64,000 nucleotides of DNA from an uncultured virus (IMG/VR IMGVR_UViG_3300022934_002389) (taxonomy: Duplodnaviria > Heunggongvirae > Uroviricota > Caudoviricetes). The DNA lies in the IMG/VR virus record IMGVR_UViG_3300022934_002389, positions 62,001 to 126,000 of that record. One strand, given 5' to 3'. Position numbers and translations under genes: made by a program. How positions within the stretch are numbered: the first letter of the stretch is position 1; every line of letters starts with the position of its first letter. Shown here one piece after another: positions 57,211 through 64,000 of this stretch. The notes beneath the pieces were generated by a model, which saw only the letters and a list, made by a program, of their open reading frames with translations, ran no database searches and had not been told where the DNA came from.

Positions 57211-57613
57211 TTTCAGCGTTCCTTTCTTTGTCATTCAATTCTGCCCCCGAAAGCAATTCAAAACATCTGCCAGCATTTACAGTTCCTCTATTTACAGCAC
57301 GTTCAATACTTTCAGCATTTGCTATTGCTGCTGCTGTTAAATCAATTTCCTGTAATTTGTCTGCTAGTCTTTGGTTTTGTCTACGTATAGCAGTGTATGC
57401 TTCGTTTAAACTAGCAAGTTCACTAGATGCTTTTTCATAGTCTTGTTCTAGTGAACTTATAGTTTGTTCATTTAATTCAACTGCGGTGTTAAGTTTAGCA
57501 TTGTTTTCTTGTAGGATAGCCATACGTTCTTGTGTATCGTTATAATACCAATAACCTATACCGCCTGCTCCTAAGAGCAACATGAACATAACAATAGCTA
57601 ATTTAGCACCCAT
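57125..57613 (-). CDS. Inner-membrane spanin (Rz-like)
   Basis: N-terminal TM, long coiled coil, C-terminal Cys; follows the endolysin. Confidence 0.65.
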   Translation of the reverse strand: MGAKLAIVMFMLLLGAGGIGYWYYNDTQERMAILQENNAKLNTAVELNEQTISSLEQDYEKASSELASLNEAYTAIRRQNQRLADKLQEIDLTAAAIANAESIERAVNRGTVNAGRCFELLSGAELNDKERNAENGIAFNKECPWLYDTYKSRGLLNETTAD

Positions 57614-57618
57614 ACCAC

Positions 57619-58476
57619 CTACCCTAGTAATTTTCCCAATGTTTTGGGTCCTACTATGCCATCAGCAACAAGTCCATTTGCACTTTGCCATTTTTTTATA
57701 ATGCGCTCTGTACCAGGACCAAAAATACCGTCTGCTGGAGAAATATCAAGTTTTTCTTGTACTTCTGCAACTAGTGGTCCTCTGCTGCCTTTACGTATAG
57801 TTTGATTTAGATTTAATTCTTTTTCTTCAGGCTCTTCAAAATCACCACCTAACACATCCATTGCATGTAGATAATGTTTTTTACGATCGTCTAAACCAAT
57901 TGTACCACCGTTGATACGTTTTGTAGCGCCTACTACATCCATATCGTCACAATATTTGTTAATGTTGTTTGTATCCCAAAACCAGCAAGCACTATCTAAT
58001 GCACCTTTTTTAGTGCGTACATAGTCGACTGCTTCTTCTGGTGACATGTCTACTTCTTTACCAAATTTTGTGTAGTTGTAACGTCCAGTAAGCTGAAGTA
58101 TGCCGCCTCCGCGAAAACGCCAGCCATCACCGCTTTCTGGACTTCCGTTATCCATACGATTTGCATAAATGACGTTAGCAATCTTTTCAGGCTGTCTATG
58201 ATAATCATTTGCATCTCTTCCTGCTCTTTTAAAATACTTTGGGAAAATTGTGTTTAATGCTTTTGCACTATAATTTAAGTTTTCGCTTAACACTCTAAAG
58301 CCGCCACTTTCGTGTCCACATTGAGCAACAAACATTGCTACACGTTCAATAGTGTCTACTTCCCATAAAGGAAGAATTTCACACATTGCTTCGTACCATT
58401 CTTCCCAGTCATCTCGGTGGATCAGTTCTTCTGCCATCCACGGTTCAAAATCAAATTTAAAATTTTCAGCGCCCAT
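57619..58476 (-). CDS. GH19 endolysin with C-terminal peptidoglycan-binding domain
   Basis: AQCGHESG, ENLNYS, FRGGG.LQLTGR.NY, INGG; DGIFGPGT/DGIVGPKT. Confidence 0.88.
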   Translation of the reverse strand: MGAENFKFDFEPWMAEELIHRDDWEEWYEAMCEILPLWEVDTIERVAMFVAQCGHESGGFRVLSENLNYSAKALNTIFPKYFKRAGRDANDYHRQPEKIANVIYANRMDNGSPESGDGWRFRGGGILQLTGRYNYTKFGKEVDMSPEEAVDYVRTKKGALDSACWFWDTNNINKYCDDMDVVGATKRINGGTIGLDDRKKHYLHAMDVLGGDFEEPEEKELNLNQTIRKGSRGPLVAEVQEKLDISPADGIFGPGTERIIKKWQSANGLVADGIVGPKTLGKLLG

Positions 58477-58622
58477 TACTTTTCCTTATTTGGCTGGCAA
58501 TCATTGCAGCGACAACAATCACAGACTTTTATAGCGTAAATTCTATTATCGTAATCTTTTTCATCACGATAGAGGGGAGTGTTACAATGTGCAGTATGTC
58601 CACAATTTTGACAATAGGTCAT
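58476..58622 (-). CDS. Cys-rich small protein (48 aa)
   Basis: Hand-translated MTYCQNCGHTAHC...VCDCCRCNDC; TAATG-coupled on both sides. Confidence 0.6.
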   Translation of the reverse strand: MTYCQNCGHTAHCNTPLYRDEKDYDNRIYAIKVCDCCRCNDCQPNKEK

Positions 58623-59338
58623 TATAATCTTTCTACTACTAGTGTATGTCCCTCGTTTTCAAAAGTTAAAGTTTTAGATCCATATTTCATAATATTATAA
58701 TCACCGATATATTTTGTTAAAAACAAAATTTCTGCATAATCATTCATATTTACTTTTTCGTTAATACTTTCTTGTATTTGCTGACTTGGACCAAAGTCTT
58801 TGATAGCAAAACCTATTGGATCTGCATATGCTTTTTTGAGAATTAGATCTTCGTATTCATCTAAGTCACATTCTTCTAAATAACTTTTGTTAAAAAAGTT
58901 TTTAAAATTATTCATATTTGCTTCATTAACAGTTGCTTCGTATGCTTCATTATCTGCTGGAATAGTTGCTGCCAAACTTTCTAGTGTTGCAGGCTCGCTT
59001 TGAAATCCTTTGTAGTATCTATATCTAAAATTTGTTCCTGTAAGTTTGCCTACACCATCTAGCATCTCAACAATCTGTTCAGGTACATCTGAGTTTCTTT
59101 CCATCTCTACATATACTCTGTACATTCCGTCGCTTTGCTCGCCTGCTGTAACATCTGCATCTAATACAAAGCCGTAACCTTTTTCAATAAAATTAACTAA
59201 GTCTTCACCGATTGCTTTTTCATTTACTGAAAAACTTACTACAACGATCTCCGAATCACTGCCCATTTTACTTTTGTAAGCATCTACTTCAAATACTGGA
59301 TAAATCATATCTTTTAAATCATTTGCTTCTAATGTCAT
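58622..59338 (-). CDS. Hypothetical protein
   Basis: 238-aa ORF. Confidence 0.7.
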   Translation of the reverse strand: MTLEANDLKDMIYPVFEVDAYKSKMGSDSEIVVVSFSVNEKAIGEDLVNFIEKGYGFVLDADVTAGEQSDGMYRVYVEMERNSDVPEQIVEMLDGVGKLTGTNFRYRYYKGFQSEPATLESLAATIPADNEAYEATVNEANMNNFKNFFNKSYLEECDLDEYEDLILKKAYADPIGFAIKDFGPSQQIQESINEKVNMNDYAEILFLTKYIGDYNIMKYGSKTLTFENEGHTLVVERL

Positions 59339-59868
59339 ACTTCTGTATCCAATGTCTCATCTGGCGCAGGTGCTGCGGCTTGTTGTACTTGTGCTTGTTG
59401 TTGCTGTAATTGTTCATCTGGTTGTGCTTCTGGTTCTAAATTTTCAGCACTTGCAGCATAAAAATCCATTAACATTTTTTTAGGTACTGCAATCTCTACA
59501 ACCCAAATAGGGTTTCTATCTAATTTACCAAATTTTGTGCCAGGACGTAAATCTTCTTTCTTTGTAACTTTGCGTGGTTTTAGCAAAGACATTTTTTGAT
59601 AGTTAACTTTGCAATCATAATCAAGAAGTCTCTTTGCACCCATTGGATCTGGCATTGTTTCTCTTGGCCACATAAACTTTGCAGTCACCCAATGCCTGTC
59701 AATATTAGGTCCTTCAGCAAGTTCACCGTCGCTCCAATTTTTGTAAACATATAGATCTAGTTCGTCTATAATACGCTCAAAGTCTTTTAGCACATTGAAT
59801 GCTGTGTTACTTTCGTACATGTTTTCAATGTTCTTAATTACATCAATTTCATCTAGGATATTGGCCAT
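59335..59868 (-). CDS. Hypothetical protein
   Basis: 177-aa ORF with AGGA SD and CTAAATA upstream. Confidence 0.7.
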   Translation of the reverse strand: MANILDEIDVIKNIENMYESNTAFNVLKDFERIIDELDLYVYKNWSDGELAEGPNIDRHWVTAKFMWPRETMPDPMGAKRLLDYDCKVNYQKMSLLKPRKVTKKEDLRPGTKFGKLDRNPIWVVEIAVPKKMLMDFYAASAENLEPEAQPDEQLQQQQAQVQQAAAPAPDETLDTEV

Positions 59869-59893
59869 TAAAAAAATCCTTTTTTGTTAATAG

Positions 59894-59928
59894 TATTTAG
59901 TCGATTTCGATTGTCAAAAGGTTAAATA
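59894..59928. promoter_or_regulatory. Divergent pair of TAAATA late-type motifs
   Basis: CTAAATA on minus (59900-59894) and TTAAATA on plus (59922-59928) between divergent genes. Confidence 0.45.
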
Positions 59929-59988
59929 CTGTTGCAGGGAATGCTTCCTGCGTTGGAACATTCCCATTATCCATACAAGGAGGACTAC

Positions 59989-60711
59989 ATGGGTGCTAAA
60001 AGGGCCAAACGGCACAACATTTCAAACGGCAATAATATTGTAAAACTTAATTCATTCCTTCCAAAAAAACAAAAAACAGTAAATATTCTACCTAGAAATT
60101 ACAATCAAGAAAATTACGTTATCAAACTACTTGACTCTGATAAGAGTATTGTATTTGGTATTGGACCTGCAGGTACAGGTAAAACTCTACTTGCTTGTCA
60201 AGTAGCAGTTAAGAAATTTCTTGAAGGAGAAGTAGAAAAAATTATTGTTACTCGTCCAGCAGTAAGTGCAGATGAAGATATTGGATTCTTACCAGGTACA
60301 CTAGAACAAAAAATGGCACCTTGGACAAGACCTATTTTTGATGTATTTAGAGACTATTTTTATGCTAACGAGATCGAAGGCATGATTGCAGAAGGTGTGA
60401 TTGAAATTTCTCCATTAGCATATATGCGTGGTAGAACTTTCAAGGACAGTTTCATCATTGCTGATGAAATGCAAAACGCAACCCCAAACCAGATGAAAAT
60501 GCTACTAACAAGAATTGGTACTGGTAGCAAAATGGTGGTAACTGGAGATCTTAATCAAGCAGATAGGTTAAAAGAAAATGGATTAATTGAATTTACTAAA
60601 TTACTATCCAAGCATAACAGTCATAGGATAGACATTGTAAATTTTGTCAGCAAGGACATCGAACGGCATCAAGCGGTAAAAGAAGTTTTACAAGTATACG
60701 GCGAAGTCTAA
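59989..60711 (+). CDS. phoH: PhoH-family ATPase
   Basis: GPAGTGKT, TRPAV, GFLPG, YMRGRT, DEMQN, TRIG, GDLNQ; ATG 59989 after GGAGG. Confidence 0.92.
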   Translation: MGAKRAKRHNISNGNNIVKLNSFLPKKQKTVNILPRNYNQENYVIKLLDSDKSIVFGIGPAGTGKTLLACQVAVKKFLEGEVEKIIVTRPAVSADEDIGFLPGTLEQKMAPWTRPIFDVFRDYFYANEIEGMIAEGVIEISPLAYMRGRTFKDSFIIADEMQNATPNQMKMLLTRIGTGSKMVVTGDLNQADRLKENGLIEFTKLLSKHNSHRIDIVNFVSKDIERHQAVKEVLQVYGEV

Positions 60712-60725
60712 ACATTCAGTAAGGG

Positions 60726-60998
60726 CTATTGAGCCCTTACACTTTTAAATACAGGTGCTCCTAAGGGGTGCTGGTACTTATTTTCGTCTTGTTTTAACAA
60801 GTACATTAGATACTCATTTTCAGTATAAATGAGTTTCCAACTTTTCTCTTTGATTGGCGGTCGACCCATTGCGTCATAATAAATTTCACCAACGTGATAC
60901 TTTTTAAACCATATACGTTTTTTACTCCAACTACTGCGTACAGGCCACCATGCGTAGTATTCATTCCACTCTATGTCTACTTCAATTGTTGCTGGCAT
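60726..60998 (-). CDS. Hypothetical protein
   Basis: ORF in operon. Confidence 0.55.
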   Translation of the reverse strand: MPATIEVDIEWNEYYAWWPVRSSWSKKRIWFKKYHVGEIYYDAMGRPPIKEKSWKLIYTENEYLMYLLKQDENKYQHPLGAPVFKSVRAQ

Positions 60999-61861
60999 TA
61001 TATTATTTCACCCGCCCTTTGTCCTTTCGGCCCAATTATTTCATTTTGATGCCAATGTAAATTTTGATTTATTTTTCCTGGATCTATATCCATATACTTT
61101 TTTACCAGTCCTATGGTTTTATCATGCACGCCTTTTACATATTCTTTTGTGGTTTCTTTCATTTGGTAGTCAAAAGTTTCTGTTAAAAATTTATAATGCT
61201 CACCAGGCAAAGGGTGAGTATCCCAAAATAAATCATGAATATGTTTTTTATTCCAATTCACTTTCCAAGTAAGATTATCTCTCCACAATGTATCGTAAAA
61301 ACTTTTTCTCATCTCTTGTAATGCTGGTTTATAAAATCTAAGAAATTTATTATCGACTTTAAGTCTTTGGTCCATTCCAAGATGTGCTGTTTCATGCTGT
61401 TGATCAAACCATCTAGACAAATCTAACATTTGCAAAAAATGTACATTTGTTTTTAACTTTAACATTTCATGAACAGGTTGAATATATGCCATGTCACGTA
61501 GTAATAAATCTGTTTGATCAATTTTCTTCAAATATTTGCGACTGTAATTTTCGTTGTTAAAAATATTACCATTTAAATGCCACCTATCTTCTGTTGAATC
61601 ATATCTATCTATTCTTGCAACATTAGTCCAACACACTATTACTAAATCATTTTTTGTAAATTTATGTTTTACATCGGCCATACCAACTCTAGTGGCAATA
61701 AATCTATTGCCAGCTCCGGATGCAGCATAATTATAAAAAGGAACTTGTAGGTCTAGGGCAAGAATATTTGCCCAAGTCATCCAGCAGTATTCTGTGAAAC
61801 TACAACCAAATACAAAAAGTCTTTCTGGTTTATTTTTGTATAACTTAATTCTCTTCGCCAT
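60998..61861 (-). CDS. SGNH-hydrolase-like protein
   Basis: FGCSFT, GAGN, DTHP. Confidence 0.5.
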   Translation of the reverse strand: MAKRIKLYKNKPERLFVFGCSFTEYCWMTWANILALDLQVPFYNYAASGAGNRFIATRVGMADVKHKFTKNDLVIVCWTNVARIDRYDSTEDRWHLNGNIFNNENYSRKYLKKIDQTDLLLRDMAYIQPVHEMLKLKTNVHFLQMLDLSRWFDQQHETAHLGMDQRLKVDNKFLRFYKPALQEMRKSFYDTLWRDNLTWKVNWNKKHIHDLFWDTHPLPGEHYKFLTETFDYQMKETTKEYVKGVHDKTIGLVKKYMDIDPGKINQNLHWHQNEIIGPKGQRAGEII

Positions 61862-62540
61862 ATGTTACTGCTAGTGGAAAAATTTCTGCTATAACTTTTG
61901 CACATTCATGTGCAATATCCATGTGTTCTTTTTGTGTACCATTTGCACCACGTAATTCAATGTAGTGTACCCAACTACGTAAAGTACCGTTCATATATAA
62001 ACGTGTTTTGGTAAGTCCTTCTGGCAACACTTTGCGAGCAACTTCTTTAGCAATACCTTGTTTAATTGCCCAGTCATATGCTTTACCTGCTGTAAAACAA
62101 ACATCTTGCTGTAGTTCTTCCCATTTTGTAACAAGTTCAGCAGCACCTTCTTGCCCTAGATCGATTTCAATAGAGTTTTGCCTATTTTTATGATCCTGTA
62201 AACGGGCTTCACTTGTAATAAAAATCTCGCCCATTTCACCCGGCTCGGCATAACGTTGTGAGAACTCTTGGAATGCAAAACTACGATGACGCACAATTTG
62301 ATGTGCAATATCACGTGTAGTATCAATCTCCATACACACGTTTACCATTTCGAGCGGGCTCCAGTGTGCATGTTTAATAAGATATTTTACAAGTTTTTCA
62401 CTTGTTTCTGAATTCATTTGATTAGCAGGATTTGAAACCCTTGCACAAAATGCTACAAGATCTAATAAATCATTGTCAGCAATGCCTTCGTTTACAAATT
62501 CTTCTGTTGGTTTAGTGTAACTTACTAAGCGAACGGCCAT
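61845..62540 (-). CDS. thyX: Flavin-dependent thymidylate synthase
   Basis: HWSPLE, RHRSFAFQEFSQRY, E.AR.VLP. Confidence 0.93.
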   Translation of the reverse strand: MAVRLVSYTKPTEEFVNEGIADNDLLDLVAFCARVSNPANQMNSETSEKLVKYLIKHAHWSPLEMVNVCMEIDTTRDIAHQIVRHRSFAFQEFSQRYAEPGEMGEIFITSEARLQDHKNRQNSIEIDLGQEGAAELVTKWEELQQDVCFTAGKAYDWAIKQGIAKEVARKVLPEGLTKTRLYMNGTLRSWVHYIELRGANGTQKEHMDIAHECAKVIAEIFPLAVTYGEEN

Positions 62541-62710
62541 CCCGTTATTTCTCCTTTTAAATTAGAAAGTCTTTGACTCAAGAAACTTATTGTTGTGTTA
62601 ATGTGTCCTGTGTCATGGGGTTGTAGTAATGTTTTGTAATATTCTATTTCTTCTTCTAGTACGTTTATACGTACAATATCATTTATCAGTTTTTTATTTT
62701 TAGTCACCAC
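62525..62710 (-). CDS. Hypothetical protein
   Basis: ORF in operon. Confidence 0.55.
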   Translation of the reverse strand: MVTKNKKLINDIVRINVLEEEIEYYKTLLQPHDTGHINTTISFLSQRLSNLKGEITGWPFA

Positions 62711-63041
62711 GGCCGGGCTCCTCTGAAAAATATTGCATTTTATTTTCTACGCCTTCCCATTCCTTTGCATCTGATGGAACATCTTCTGGACGCATTTCTG
62801 TAATATTTGGCCACACTTCACTCCATTTTCTATTGAAGTCTACCCACTGTTCTGTGCCCTCTACTGTGTCTGGTAAAATTGCATCAGCAGGACACTCTGG
62901 TTCGCATACACCACAGTCAATGCATTCATCAGGGTGAATAACCAACATGTTCTCACCTTCATAAAAACAATCCACAGGACACACTTCTACACAATCCATG
63001 TGTTTACACCTAATACAGGCGTCATTTACAATATAAGTCAT
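62700..63041 (-). CDS. fdxA: FdxA-type dicluster ferredoxin
   Basis: [18 protein letters not shown]...[12 protein letters not shown]. Confidence 0.9.
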   Translation of the reverse strand: MTYIVNDACIRCKHMDCVEVCPVDCFYEGENMLVIHPDECIDCGVCEPECPADAILPDTVEGTEQWVDFNRKWSEVWPNITEMRPEDVPSDAKEWEGVENKMQYFSEEPGRGD

Positions 63042-63952
63042 AATGATCCTAATCTGATTAATGTTGCTGCAAGGTTAATTTCTGGATCAACAACTAGCGT
63101 ATGATCTACTAAACCTTGCTTAATAATTAGCACTGCTTTGTCTTGTTGTTCCTCATCTCCGAACAATTCTATATTGTCATAAAGCCAACGATAGATTTCT
63201 TCCATTTCTTCTGCTCGCACAGTACCACATAATAATTTACGTGCATCTTGAATCTTACCTGCTTTGAACAGTTCTACCATATCCAGTTTCCAGTCTGCTT
63301 CACCTGAGTCACCTTCTGTTGGCGAAACAAGTTTACCGTCTACACTATTCATTTGCACCATGTTGATACATTTGCGCAAGTCTGGATATGTTGCTTTTAC
63401 ATATGTATCAAGTGTATCCAAGTCTGGAGTTACGCCTTCAGTAATTAGAATTTGGGCAACTCTTGCTGTAAACTCAGTTTGATCAATTTTTGCAATATGA
63501 AAACCTTGACATCTACTATGTATTGCTGGAATGATCCTATTTGGATAATTACAAGTAAGAATAAAACGTGCAGTTGTATGATATTCTTCCATAACGCCAC
63601 GTAATGCTGCTTGTGCGTTTGGCGACAAGTAATCAGCCTCATCTAGTAACACAACCTTGAAGTCACCAAATGGAATCATTTGCACAAACGCAACAATCTT
63701 GTCTCGCACATCATCTACTGAGTTTGTGCGACTTGCGTTGATTTCTAATATGTCTAATGGATTTACATCAAGTTCATTAAAAAGTAATTTAGCAAGAGTA
63801 GTTTTACCAATGCCAGCATTGCCACTAAAAAGCAAATGCGGAATAGTTTTATCTTTGATCCATGTTTTAACTTGGTTTCTTTGTGCGTCATCTCTAAATA
63901 CATAACCGTCCACTGTGTTTGGACGATACTTCTCTACCCATAGTTCTTTCAT
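63038..63952 (-). CDS. Clamp loader ATPase subunit (RFC/gp44-like)
   Basis: [26 protein letters not shown]. Confidence 0.92.
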   Translation of the reverse strand: MKELWVEKYRPNTVDGYVFRDDAQRNQVKTWIKDKTIPHLLFSGNAGIGKTTLAKLLFNELDVNPLDILEINASRTNSVDDVRDKIVAFVQMIPFGDFKVVLLDEADYLSPNAQAALRGVMEEYHTTARFILTCNYPNRIIPAIHSRCQGFHIAKIDQTEFTARVAQILITEGVTPDLDTLDTYVKATYPDLRKCINMVQMNSVDGKLVSPTEGDSGEADWKLDMVELFKAGKIQDARKLLCGTVRAEEMEEIYRWLYDNIELFGDEEQQDKAVLIIKQGLVDHTLVVDPEINLAATLIRLGSL

Positions 63953-64000
63953 TCTTCTTCCTGTTCCCAATAGCGACTATACTTACTTGCTACATCTAAC

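Noticed and set aside
1..64000. CRISPR arrays, tRNA/rRNA genes, transposases, integrases, introns or inteins
   Set aside because: No spaced repeats or recognisable RNA genes seen by eye; the polymerase, ClpA, ThyX and clamp loader are uninterrupted and of normal length. tRNAscan/Rfam were not run.
1..64000. Bacterial chromosome or eukaryotic giant virus origin
   Set aside because: T4-type PolB, RNase H, late promoters, spanins, endolysin, SD sites and dense overlapping genes indicate a bacteriophage
1..64000. Stop-codon reassignment
   Set aside because: Core genes are full length under the standard code, and TAA, TAG and TGA all end genes

Overview
AT-rich, gene-dense 64-kb segment of a large T4-like (myovirus/jumbo-type) dsDNA bacteriophage read in the standard genetic code. 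The host is probably a Gram-negative, possibly alphaproteobacterial, cell (inferred from spanins and an FdxA-type ferredoxin). From left to right: (1) an accessory enzyme cluster (SAM methyltransferase, Fe/2OG-type oxygenases, radical SAM proteins, QueC-like ATPase, TctA/TctC-like transporter, GNAT, ATP-grasp, hydrolase); (2) a tail-fibre-like gene; (3) a MoxR ATPase/VWA-metallopeptidase pair, RNase H and a nuclease-ParB-methyltransferase block; (4) a 7-deazaguanine DNA-modification locus (QueE, FolE, DpdL-like, DpdA-like) interleaved with a PRTase, a glycosyltransferase, nucleotide-sugar enzymes, the sliding clamp and DNA polymerase B; (5) a run of probable head-internal proteins, some apparently modular polyproteins; (6) ClpA/deformylase/DnaJ, a lysis cassette, PhoH, ThyX, ferredoxin and clamp loader. 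Non-coding signals read directly from the sequence include sigma70-like promoters, a recurring TAAATA late-promoter motif, RBS-sequestering hairpins and a hairpin resembling the T4 gene 43 operator. The best candidates for new biology are a possibly glycosylated 7-deazaguanine DNA modification and the modular head-protein polyproteins. All functional calls come from motif recognition only; no database searches were run.
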